Shown here piece by piece: positions 12,862 to 24,802 of a DNA stretch of 64,000 nt (positions within the stretch are counted from its first letter, which is position 1; each line of letters begins with the position of its first letter). The stretch comes from Eledone cirrhosa. Lineage: Eukaryota. A program made the position numbers and the translations under genes. The stretch is from the NCBI GenBank assembly GCA_964016885.1, contig CAXHJY010000600.1, forward strand, positions 12,224 through 76,223, written 5' to 3'. The notes beneath the pieces were generated by a model. It was not told the DNA's origin. It ran no database searches and saw nothing but the letters and a program-made list of their open reading frames with translations.

Positions 12862-13020
12862 GTAACCACAGTTAAAAAAGGTACTCAATACATAGCAGAG
12901 TATAAAAGTTTTAATATAGATGAGATTCTACAGGACTAGAACTGTTTCATTCTTTAGAAATCATCTGGAGATGATTTCTAAAGAATGAAACAGTTCTAGT
13001 CCTGTAGAATCTCATCTATA
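12862..13020. mobile_element. Family A palindromic hammerhead element
   Basis: Inverted arms TAGATGAGATTCTACAGGACTAGAACTGTTTCATTC.. on both strands, (TA)n on the right flank. Confidence 0.8.
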
Positions 13021-13038
13021 TATATATATATATATATA

Positions 13039-13146
13039 GGAACAAGTCGGGGTCCTACTTGTTCCTATTACCCACTCTACTACCCTAAGTATTGAGTACT
13101 TTGGTGCGTTATGGTCCATCTGGTTCCTTACCACATTTCCTTCGTT
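13039..13146 (+). mobile_element. Family B element, short copy starting at the hammerhead cleavage site
   Basis: An 11-bp inverted arm, then (GT)CGGGGTCCTACTTGTTCCTATTACCCACTCTAC..ATTGAGTAC.., with (TA)n flanks. Confidence 0.75.
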
Positions 13147-13206
13147 ATATATATATATATATATATATGTATATACAAAACTTACATATATATATATATA
13201 TATGTA

Positions 13207-13392
13207 GATAAATCTACCAAAAGTTTACGGTAGTGTCCAATCCGTATGAAGAACTCAATGTACATAGATCTTTTGAATATGCATACCAATTCTAACACAT
13301 ATATGTCCTAGAAACGATCGTAAAATAATGAACTTTTTTTGTTTAATATAAGGAACTGTTTCTTTGTTTATTCATTATTTTTTAAATATTTT
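13207..13392. mobile_element. Family D element (hammerhead right half GAAA-CGATCG-TA)
   Basis: Related copies at 12641-12765 and 47692-47925. The inverted 3' end carries ATTGAGTTC. (TA)n flanks. Confidence 0.6.
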
Positions 13393-15372
13393 ATATATAT
13401 ATATATATATAGATGGAGATTTCTTCGAAGTTTGATAACTTCTGCAAGTTACAATACCTCGTTCAACCAAAATGTAACCATATACATATGCACACATTGA
13501 TTGATTATGATTCGGCTATCTTCTGAGTCCATAGTGACCATCACCTTGTTTTTTGCCGGTAAAGACAGGCAAGGCGGTTTTCTTTTCTCTCTAGTGGCTT
13601 TGGTGGAAGTGGTTGTGTAATTTGTTGGACATGACTGAAAGGATTAAAAGGAGACAGATTCTTTCTTTATCGGCCAAAACCTCATCGACATTTTCAAGTT
13701 TCACATGAACACGCAGGAGAGGGTAGAGAGGGTAGAACATGTTTGAGGGCTATTTTTTCAGCCGGTACATCTTTCTGGGACACAGAGAGTCAAACAGAAG
13801 ACCGTGAATACCTAAGCCCTTTCTCCTTTTGCGGAATGGCGGAAAAGGATACGGGCGGTACATCTGCGTCCGTTGTATATTTGTATATATTTTACGTGAA
13901 ACCATGTTGTAACTGATGTTGTTTAAGAAGTTAGATAATGATAACGATGAGGATAACAACTTGTCCAGTACGTGTGTTTTTTATTGGAAAATGACCCTTC
14001 CAAAATACGACAAAGTCATTTGATTCATATAAGGTCAGACCTCATTAGTTTTATTTATCTATATATTTATTTATCTATTTAGTTTCGGCTCTCTGTTCTT
14101 TGAGTTCAAATCCCACTGAAGTCATCTTTACCTTTCATCCATTCGAAGTCGATAAAAAAAAAGTACCGGTCAAGTAGTGCAGCCGATTCTTCCTCTCTCT
14201 CTCACACACACACACACAAGAAATGGGGTCTGCCAAGTTTAACAAAATGCCCCCAACAAACGCCGTAGCCGTATGTAAATGCGGTACCTGTACGACTCCC
14301 TAATAAGTTACAGTACCATACCATACTATACCGTACCATTAATTTAATTATTTCTTTAGTTAACACTCAAACATTTAACAATAAACTACAGTTTTCCAGT
14401 TATATAATAACTCCATTGATGTGGAACCAACGAGTTGTTTGAACTCTGATGAGCCTGCTCGTGAAATTAACATGCTAGTGGCTGAGAACTCTACAGGGAG
14501 ATACAGGGGGACTCTGACTGTGACAAGGCAGCCCCTTTGTAATACAGGTAATTTGTTCCAGCTAAGAGGACTGGCACAACGTAAAATAAAGTGTCTTGCG
14601 CAAAGATTCCACGAACCGCAGTGAATTGACCTCACGACCTTACGATCGTGAGCTAAGCATACTAATCACTGAGCCAGACGTCTGTGACTCAAATAATCCT
14701 GTTAACATAAACCAGTGTTGTATAACACCAGGTGATCTCTGACCAAGCAGATCTATCCTATGACGCCAATGGTATTCCAAATATGGCCATCCTGATTTTA
14801 GGAGTATCTAGAACTACAATATCTAATGTGTACACTTTTTTTTTTATACATTTGAGGGAGGAAGCGGGGCTATCATTTCCAGCAGTTCGAATGCGGAATG
14901 ACTAGTAGGTGGTTGACTCGGCCAACAGGTAGAAAGATCCAGCACCTCCGACTAACATTTTACAATTCAAAACAAGACTGCCTTTGGCTCCTGGTTGCGT
15001 GTGTGTGCTCTCAAAATTCAAAGAGCATGGAGGAAGCATTTTCCATTTTTGCTTTGGGGGTTGTCAGCAGGGCCTTCGAGAAAAATTTGGCAAAGCTGAA
15101 AAAGTCTACTTCGGGTCCGAAGGGGAGTAAGACTGCCCTGAGATTTCAAAGAAGCTGAGGGATTCTAATGTGTGTGTGTGTGGGGTGTGGGGTGTGTGTG
15201 TGTGTGTGTGGGGGGGGGGGGATAGGCATTAGATATACAAGAATACATCCTAGGCTCTCCAAACCCCAGACAGATATAATAACTAAACCCACATACTTCT
15301 GTAGTCCCCTGTAAATCCAGTGTCATATAAGTTAGTGGGTGGCCCTTGTATACCATGAAGGGAACCTAAAAC

Positions 15373-15574
15373 TACGATAGTCGGCTGAAAAGTTCATAGG
15401 CTGGCTATGAAACGATTGATGCTAGGGGTGTGAAATCTTACAGGCATTAATTTCAACTCTTCGTGTTAATAACTGCATGCGTTTTTCCAAGGACTATATT
15501 AAAAAATAAACCTCATTTGGTCATTCCATGAGAGTATCTTGGTCAGCCTAGGAAAATTTCAGCCGACCCTCGTA
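15373..15574. mobile_element. Mariner-type MITE, ~200 bp
   Basis: TIR consensus TACGAGGGTCGGCTGAAAAGTTCATAGGCTGAC. An inverted second copy lies at 37211-37412. Confidence 0.85.
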
Positions 15575-15977
15575 TAGTATGAGGTCCCTGAAAATGCTAC
15601 TCTTGCTACCAAGTTAATCCTGTAAAACCCACTAGTAAGTAATATTACTAACATTTACCACATGGTAGCTCAACATGCTAGAAATAACAACCAAGTCTCC
15701 CTCAAATTATACTCTAGCATCATTGAAAAGGACACGTTGGATAATATGGTCCTGCATTCCCTGCATTTAGGCAAAAGACAAGAAGGTTAGATCATACATG
15801 CAATACTTTTGTCCATAGATCTCTTTTGTCAAAGCTGGCGTCGGGTATCAAACACAACAAAAACAACATCATCACCACCACCACCACCACCATCACCATC
15901 ACTATTGAATAGTGTAGTGTAGGGCTGGTAGAGTTTGCCTTTTGATATTCTTCCTCTCTTTCGCTTGACTAATTTCT

Positions 15978-16064
<87 letters not shown>

Positions 16065-16135
16065 CTCTCTCTCTCTCCCTCTCTCTCATCTCTCTCATAT
16101 ATATGTATATACATACATATATTTAATATATTTAA

Positions 16136-16343
16136 TATGGCTTCCACAGGACTAGAACTGTTTCGTTCGAAGGAAATCATTAGGAAAGCCTTCGAATGAA
16201 ACAGTTCTAGTCCAGTAGTAACCATTTCTATATTAAATATTTATCATTCTGCTATGTGTTGAGTTCCTTACTTACTGTGATATTACCCGGGATACACACT
16301 GAGTTCCTTACTTACTGTGGTTACCCCGATTGAACCCGGGATA
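16136..16343 (+). mobile_element. Family A variant with covaried helix I
   Basis: Inverted arm reads GGCTTTC-CTAATGA-TTTCCTTCGAAC-GAAA-CAG..CTG-TG-GAAGCC. A similar copy lies at 44105-44249. Confidence 0.7.
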
Positions 16344-16353
16344 CACACACACA

Positions 16354-16425
<72 letters not shown>

Positions 16426-16900
16426 CCTCCATCATGGATCAACTAAGCATTCTTGCCATAATAACACATTTTGATCTGCTTATCTTCAAGAACTATGCCT
16501 GTAAATAATATTAAGTTTTCTTTCCCATTGACTTATTATGTCCCACATTACCCCCTTCTTTTTCTTATTTCTTTTCACTTCAAAAACCTTGTTTGTAAAT
16601 AACATTATTCTTTCTTCACCATTTCCTTAACATGTTCAACATCAACATTTTACACCAATACATATTCCTCCCTTTGATAATGCATAAAATGCTGAAACCG
16701 GTAATAGACAATTATTAAATATATAAATAAATAAATAAATAAATGCCATTATTAATTAATAAATAAATTAACTAATATCTTAACACTTCACACAAAGTAA
16801 AATATTTTGTTTTAAACGTTTTCAAACCCAGAAAAAAAGAGAAAAAAATAAAAGGGAAAAAAAATATTTTTCTTCCTAATAATCGTCTTTTTCTCCCTAT

Positions 16901-16954
<54 letters not shown>

Positions 16955-17107
16955 AAAGAGAGAGGGGGGGAGACAGAGAGTCTGCGATGCTGAAACCGAA
17001 GAGTCCACAAATCATGGGTGTACTCAATACACGGGGAGATGCAAAGTGGGTTTAGAGATTATTATAATCCGAAACTACTTGGCGTCGCAGTCGGCTTAGA
17101 CGTCTAT

Positions 17108-17155
<48 letters not shown>

Positions 17156-17289
17156 CTCCCCTCGCCCTCTCTGTCTCTTTCTTTCTCCCTCCCTCCCTTT
17201 CTCTCCTTCTCTGACTCGTTTGTTCATTCTCTCTTTCTCATTTTACCAGCCACTCCCCCTAATCACTACTGGGAACCCCCAAAATCTTG

Positions 17290-17712
17290 AAAGAAAAAAT
17301 AATAATAAAGGCTCTCATTGGGTAATGTTAGTACTGGGGGCATATTACTCCTTCGTAAATGTTTGTTTTCAATATAGAAATCATAAAAAAGGGAGGAACA
17401 GAAGGAAAGAAAGAATAGGGTCTATTAAAAAAAGAGAGAAAGAAGAAGAAAAAGAACGGGAAGGGGAAGGGATGGCAAAAGCTCTGGTGTCACAGAAGAG
17501 AGAAGAGGGGTGAATGAGTGTGTGATTGGGCTTTGGGCCTAGGACCAGAGGGCAAAGGTGCTGTTCCCCGCTGACAAGACGGCAAAAGCATTCCCCCGGA
17601 CGATGGCCAGTGACACCCGCTGCAACACAACAGCCACCCAACCTCGCGGGGCTCCCTCTTCAAACGGGTGACCCACGCACCGATCTTGCGGAGGAGCGTG
17701 GCAGTACGGGGT
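17290..17712 (-). mobile_element. CRE-like non-LTR element, 3' fragment
   Basis: Minus strand reads ATLLRKIGA..REPREVGWL[frameshift]QRVSLAIVRGNAFAVLSAG. Homologous to the fragments at 52415 and 57660. Confidence 0.7.
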
Positions 17713-17867
17713 CCAAGTTAAAAAATTAACTGGATGGCCATAATTTCATAATTTGAATGACTTTGATCACAAATCTTGTCGATCGCGGTTGGTGACTTGG
17801 GACTTGAAAATAATTGCCTACCTCTCGCTCTTTCTCTCATAGATTCTTTCTTTTTATACACTCAAGT

Positions 17868-18060
17868 GAAGACGTGTGACTTAGTGGCTAGTATGCTGGA
17901 CTTACGATTATCAGATCATGGGTTCGTATCCGTGGACCGGGTGCTGTGTTGTATTCATGAGCTAAATAGGCTATTTCACATTCTTCCTTCTGTCAGGAGT
18001 TGCAAACCGGCAGATGGAAAGACTAAAGGAAACATTTTTTCCTCGGTCCGATCAATTCGT
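17868..18060 (+). mobile_element. tRNA-derived SINE, family 2
   Basis: A and B boxes, with a body shared with the 31393 copy. Confidence 0.65.
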
Positions 18061-18267
18061 TTCCTTTACTATATTCTGACCTACGTTAACACTCACATTT
18101 CTCTCTCTCCCTCTCTCTTACTTTCTCTCTCTCTCTCCCTCTCTCTCTTTCACTTTTTCTTACTCGATCTCTTCTCCTGTTCCTCCCATCAACATAACCC
18201 ATTTTCTCCATTTCTTTCTCTCTTATTTTCTTTCTTTCTACAAACAAATTCTCACTTACCAACAAAC

Positions 18268-18496
18268 ATTCACATTCTTACACTTTCACTTTCTCTTTCT
18301 CATTCTCCCTCTCTCTCTCTTTCTCTTTCACATTCTTACACTTTCACTTTCTCTTTCTCATTCTCCCTCTCTCTCTCTTTCTCTTTCACATTCTTACACT
18401 TTCACTTTCTCTTTCTCATTCTCCCTCTCTCTCTCTTTCACATTCTTACACTTTCACTTTCTCTTTCTCATTCTCCCTCTCTCTCTCTTTCTCTTT

Positions 18497-18497
<1 letters not shown>
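18268..18497. repeat. ~58-bp pyrimidine-rich minisatellite, 4 copies
   Basis: Unit TTCACATTCTTACACTTTCACTTTCTCTTTCTCATTCTCCC(TC)n. Confidence 0.9.
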
Positions 18498-18530
<33 letters not shown>

Positions 18531-18531
<1 letters not shown>

Positions 18532-18682
18532 GGAAAAGAGTCAGGACCCCGACGGCTGAGCTCCGGTCGTTTCGACAGCTAGATCCGAATCTGACTCTTT
18601 TCCTATTACCCACTCTGCTACCCTAAGTATTGAGTACTCTGGTGCGTTATGGTCCACCTGGTATCTTACCACACCTTCTTTG

Positions 18683-18761
<79 letters not shown>

Positions 18762-18873
18762 TACATAATACTTAGGGTAGCAGAGTGGGTAATAGGAAAA
18801 TGTTCAAGACCCCGACGTCCAGAAATACCCGTCGAAACGTCATGAGCTCTGCCGTCGGGGTCTTGAAAATGTT

Positions 18874-18876
<3 letters not shown>
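18531..18876. mobile_element. Two family B elements separated by (TA)n
   Basis: GACCCCGACGGC..GAGCTC..TTTCGAC arms, their inverted partners and the family B tail. Confidence 0.75.
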
Positions 18877-18934
<58 letters not shown>

Positions 18935-19121
18935 GTATTTATATATATATATACATATATATATATATACACATATATATATACATACAGATATATATAT
19001 ATAGTATATAAAGAGTATATATATATGTGTGTGTGTGCATATTTATATATACATATATATACAGATATATATATGTATATATATAAGTATGCACACACAC
19101 ACACATACACACACACACACG

Positions 19122-19155
<34 letters not shown>

Positions 19156-19356
19156 CCCTTTCCTTCCTATAACCTCTCTCCATTATAAATATATAAAAGT
19201 TGATTTTTTAAAATTATTCTATTTTTCTTTCTCTCTCATTTTATTTCCCCACTCTCAATCAGCCTCGTTGTCCTTTCTTGGTTTTCTTTTCTTTTGCTAA
19301 CTTATTCTATCTTCCACAATTTCATTCACAGCCCCCCCCCCCTCCCTTTTTTTAAA

Positions 19357-19393
<37 letters not shown>

Positions 19394-19408
19394 TTTCTCA
19401 CTCTCTTT

Positions 19409-19445
<37 letters not shown>

Positions 19446-19789
19446 TCTCTTTGCCTCTCTCTATCTCTTTATGTGTTTCTCTGGATGTTTCGTTCATCTC
19501 TCGTTCACATTGTTTCGTCCACTCTTATTCTTTCTCTCATTTCTTTCATCTCTTTCTCTCTATCACAGATACATAGATACACAAACATGCGAGCACATAC
19601 ACAAACATGCGTGCGTACATACACAACCCTCTCTTACTCTCTCTCTCTCTCTCTCTCTCACTTTCTCTCTATTTCACACACTCTCTCTCCCTCTCTCTAC
19701 CCCCCTCTCTCTCTCTCTCTGTCATTCTCCCCCTTTTTCTGTAAGCAGCAAACTGCAAGAACAAAAATATTCTGCAGTAGTATTAGAAC

Positions 19790-19814
19790 CAGTAACAACA
19801 ATAACAACAACAGT

Positions 19815-19866
<52 letters not shown>

Positions 19867-20832
19867 ACTACAATAGCAACAATAATAACAACAACGACAG
19901 CAAGAGTAACAGTAACAGCATCATCATCAACAACAACAACTACTACTAAACAGTAGTAACAGCAAACCATTAGTAAGAACAACTGCACCTGAGAACTAAA
20001 ACAACAACAACAACAACAACTGCAAAAGCGAAAAGCAGACGCATCAACAACTACAACAATAACAACAACACTATTGTTAACACCGCAACGCTTCGTCGTC
20101 CACTGCCCGATTCTAGAATCAACAAAAACATCACCAGCAGGCAGTACTACGATCATCATCACCACCACCATCACTTTAACAACTACTACTCATACTACTA
20201 CCATCATCGCCACCACCATCACTTTAACAACTATTACCACCACCACCACCACCATCACTTTAACAACTACTACTCATACTACTACCATCATCGCCACCAC
20301 CATCACTTTAACAACTATTACCACCACCACCACCACCATCACTTTAACAACTACTACTCATACTACTACTACTACTACCATCATCGCCACCACCATCACT
20401 TTAACAACTATTACCACCACCACCACCACCATCACTTTAACAACTACTACTCATACTACTACTACTACTACCATCATCGCCACCACCATCACTTTAACAA
20501 CTATTACCACCACCACCACCACCATCACTTTAACAACTACTACTCATACTACTACTACTACTACCATCATCGCCACCACCATCACTTTAACAACTATTAC
20601 CACCACCACCACCACCATCACTTTAACAACTACTACTCATACTACTACTACCATCATCGCCACCACCATCACTTTAACAACTATTACCACCACCACCACC
20701 ATCACTTTAACAACTACTACTACTACTACTACCATCATCGCCACCACCATCACTTTAACAACTATTACCACCACCACCACCACCATCACTTTAACAACTA
20801 TTACCACCACCACCACCACCACCACCACTTTA

Positions 20833-20873
<41 letters not shown>

Positions 20874-21147
20874 CTCAACCACCATCATCTCCACCACCAT
20901 CACTTTAACAACTATTACCACCACCACCACCACCATCACTTTAACAACTACTACTACTACTACTACTACTACCTCAACCACCATCATCTCCACCACCATC
21001 ACTTTAGCAACTATTACCACCACCACCATCACTTTAGCAACTATTACTACTACTACTACTACTACTACTACAACCACCGACATCTTTTACCTTCACCGAC
21101 GGCACCACTACACACTTACCTACCGCCTGTAATATCATCACTATCAT

Positions 21148-21185
<38 letters not shown>

Positions 21186-21577
21186 GGCATTTCTCGTCCT
21201 CCATCATTATCATTACGACTACCACAATACACCACCACCGCACCACCACCACCACCACCACCACCACCACCACCACCATCATCATCACCATCACCATCAT
21301 AATTAACGTTGTTATTATTGCATCTCCATCTCACGCCGCATCAACAGCGTCATAAAAATCAGTCCTAAATTATCCCCGCCGCCGTCAATCATCATCCCCC
21401 CCCCCAACGCCGCCGCTATCATATCTTAAGTAACCCCCCACCCCCCACCCCACCCGCCGCCATCACTATCACCAACATCATCATTATTATTCTTACCGTC
21501 ACTATCACCATCACCACCACCACCACCACCACCACCACCACAACCGCAATTGTAACAAGTGCAGTCAACTTCTCACA

Positions 21578-21608
<31 letters not shown>

Positions 21609-22228
21609 AACAACCACAACCACAACCACCACTACCACAATAACAAAAACAAAAACAAAAACCACAACCACCACCAACAACAACACCATCATCACTAACA
21701 CCGCCTTCTAACTACTGCAAACATACCAGCATAGCGTCACCACCACCACCACCACCACCACCACCACCACCACCACCACTACTACTATTCTCACAAGTGC
21801 ACTCAACTTCTTCTCTCCCCCACCGCCTCCCTTATCATCATCACTACCACCACCACCACCACCACCACCACCACCACCACCACCATCACCATCACTGCGA
21901 CCGCAAGCTACCGGTACCATCACTACTATCGCCGCCATCGCTATCGCTTTCACTATGAGAATCCAATACTAGACCAACATACCAACACCACCACCATCAC
22001 CACCACCACCATCTCCATCACTGCTAACACTTCAGTAGAAAACCGCCGCTGTCGCTGCATTTGCCATTACCATCGCCGCCACCACCACCACCATCACACA
22101 CACCACCATTACTATCGTTTCATCAACATACCGACACTACCGCCAACAACAACAATAACAACAACAACAGCACAACCAACCTTCGCTTCTACTGCTGTTG
22201 CGACTGCCACCGGTAACCACCATCTCGT

Positions 22229-22260
<32 letters not shown>

Positions 22261-23100
22261 TTATCATCATCATCATCATTATCATCATCATCATCATCAT
22301 CATCACCTCCAGCACTAAACTACTGCCGGAACACAACACAAACCGCTGTTACCAACACCCAAACTAACATACCATCACCGCTACCAACCACAACCACCAT
22401 ACCACCACCACCACCACCACCACCACCATCACCAACCATCACCATCGCCACCATAACTGCAACTACCACTACAACCACCACCACTACTATTACCACCACC
22501 ACTACTACTACCACTACTACTACCAACATTACTACTAGCATTATCAACCATCAACCATTATCATCATCATCATCATCGTCGTCGTTGTATTCGTCTCATC
22601 AGCATTATCACTGCTACCATTACTGGAACACAACACAACACTATTACCATTACAACTACCGTAACAGCCATACCGTTACTACACACCATTGCTAACACCC
22701 ATACCATTAGTTAGTAACTCGCTGTTGTTACTTTTACCCTTCTTCATCATCAACATCACCACCAGTAACAACAACAACAACAACAACAACAACAAAAAAC
22801 GTCTTCACCACACCGCCATCATCATCATCACCACAACTATCACTACCAACTACACCATCACCATTTGCTCCATCATTACTGTTATTACCACTAACAATAA
22901 CAACTACCAACTACACCATCCGCTCCATCATTACTGTTATTACCACTAACAATAACAACCACAACCACAACAACAACAACAACAACAACAACAACGACAA
23001 CAACGAAACAACAACCATCGACAGCAGCCGATAAGCCAAGAAGAAGAAGAAGAAGAAGAAGAAGAAGAAGAAGAAGAAGAAGACGACGACGACGACGACG
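19790..23100. repeat. 3.3-kb trinucleotide microsatellite field containing a higher-order minisatellite (20150-21070)
   Basis: (ACC/ACT/AAC/ATC)n throughout, with ACCATCACTTTAACAACT repeated in an 80-90-bp dimeric period. Confidence 0.95.
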
Positions 23101-23716
23101 GGCGAAAAGGAAAGGAAAGAAGAAAAAAAAAAGAGCACCTTCTCACTCTCGTTCTCGCTCTCTTTCTCACTTATCCGATATCTCCTCCTATTCCTCCTCC
23201 AGTTTCTTCTATTCTCTCTCTCTCTCTCTCTTCTCTCTCTATCTCTCACTCTCTTTCTGCCACCTTCACACACTCACTCTCTATTTCTCTCCAAACCAAA
23301 ATCAGTTAAACTAACTCTATCACTAAGGTCGGTCTGCCGTGGCACACCACTTGGACTTAACGCTTCCTCTCTTACAGCTTAAACTTTTAAAAACGGTGAG
23401 TGGTGTATATAAATATCTCTATTTATTTATTTATGTCTCTGTTTCTTTTACTTTTTTTCTTTTTTTCTTTTTTACTCTGTTGTCATCAGTTTTCTTCCTT
23501 TCTCTCACTCGATATAAATATATATATATAACTATATATATATATATATATACATGTATACATACATAAATATATATATATATGCCAGTGTCTAAATATA
23601 ATTTCTATAAATATACATCATTTCTATATACTTAGAATCTATTATATACACATCTATTTTTATATATACGGGGAATTAATAAACACACACACATAATATA
23701 TATATATCCGTTATCG

Positions 23717-23751
<35 letters not shown>

Positions 23752-23781
23752 TATACATATATATATATATATTTATATATA

Positions 23782-23972
23782 CGTTATTCCGGGTTGAATC
23801 GGAGGTAACCACAGTAAGTAAGGTACTCAATACATAGCAGAGTATAACAGTTTTAATATAGATGAGATTCTACAGGACTAGAACTGTTTCATTCATTAGA
23901 AATCATCAGGAATTCCTGATGATTTCTAATGAATGAAACAGTTCTAGTCCTGTAGAATCTCATCTATATTAA

Positions 23973-23976
<4 letters not shown>
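23782..23976. mobile_element. Family A element with a perfect 128-bp palindrome (23849-23976) and a hammerhead on each strand
   Basis: Centre ..ATCATCAGG-AATT-CCTGATGAT.. Each arm reads ATTC-CTGATGA-TTTCTAATGAAT-GAAA-CAG-TTCTAGTC-CTG-TA-GAAT. Confidence 0.88.
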
Positions 23977-24006
<30 letters not shown>

Positions 24007-24010
<4 letters not shown>

Positions 24011-24214
24011 AAGTATGACCCCGACGGCAGAGCTCAAGCCGTTTCGACGGCTATTTCTGGACATTTCCGGCTATGAGTCCAGAAATAGCCGTCGGAACGG
24101 CTTGAGCTCTGCCGTCGGGGTCATACTTTTTCCTATTTCCAACTCTGCTACCCTAAGTATTGAGTACTCTGGTGCGTTATGGTCCATCTGGTTCCTTACC
24201 ACAATTCCTTTGTT
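24007..24214 (+). mobile_element. Family B palindromic element
   Basis: ~55-bp inverted arms around ATTTCCGGCTATGA, then the family B tail. Confidence 0.8.
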
Positions 24215-24265
24215 ATATATATATATATATATCTTAGTTATATATATATATATATATTGCCTTGT

Positions 24266-24329
24266 CCGACGAACGAATGAGGACGTTTCTTGTATTCGTC
24301 TTATTCGGGAAACCTCTGGTAATGAGGTA
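24266..24329 (+). ncRNA. Degenerate hammerhead (CCGACGA core)
   Basis: Helix II CGAATGAGGACG/CGTCTTATTCG, GAAA, helix III CCTC/GAGG, GTA triplet. Helix I is poor. Confidence 0.55.
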
Positions 24330-24409
24330 ATTATATTGTATTGTTTATTATACATTATATATATATATATAAAATTAATACACACATACAGTACTATATA
24401 TATATAGTA

Positions 24410-24451
<42 letters not shown>

Positions 24452-24769
24452 ATATATATATATATATATATAACTGAGTTTACTCTTCGATATTTCGTCA
24501 TGTAACTCCGATTGTTCTCAATTCTATGATAAGTATTTGTCAAATTAAACATAAACACAAACAGATGTATACATATATATATATGTCAAACTGATGTATA
24601 CATGTATACATATATATAGATATGTGTGTGTGTGTGTATGTGTGTTGATAGATACGTGCCCCCCCCCCCCCCCCCGTCCACTTTTCCCGTCGCCATAGGC
24701 AAGTTACCCGATTTTCTCAACTATTGTTTTTTTTTTGGGGGGGGGGGGTGATCGAATACCGTTACCTGC

Positions 24770-24802
<33 letters not shown>

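Noticed and set aside
22911-23273. Minus-strand ORFs with poly-F/S/C
   Set aside because: Derived from (GA)n, (AAG)n and (AAC)n tracts.
23849-23976. Family A palindromes as MITEs
   Set aside because: Arms are unequal in every copy, turning points vary, single-arm copies exist and there are no fixed TIR ends.
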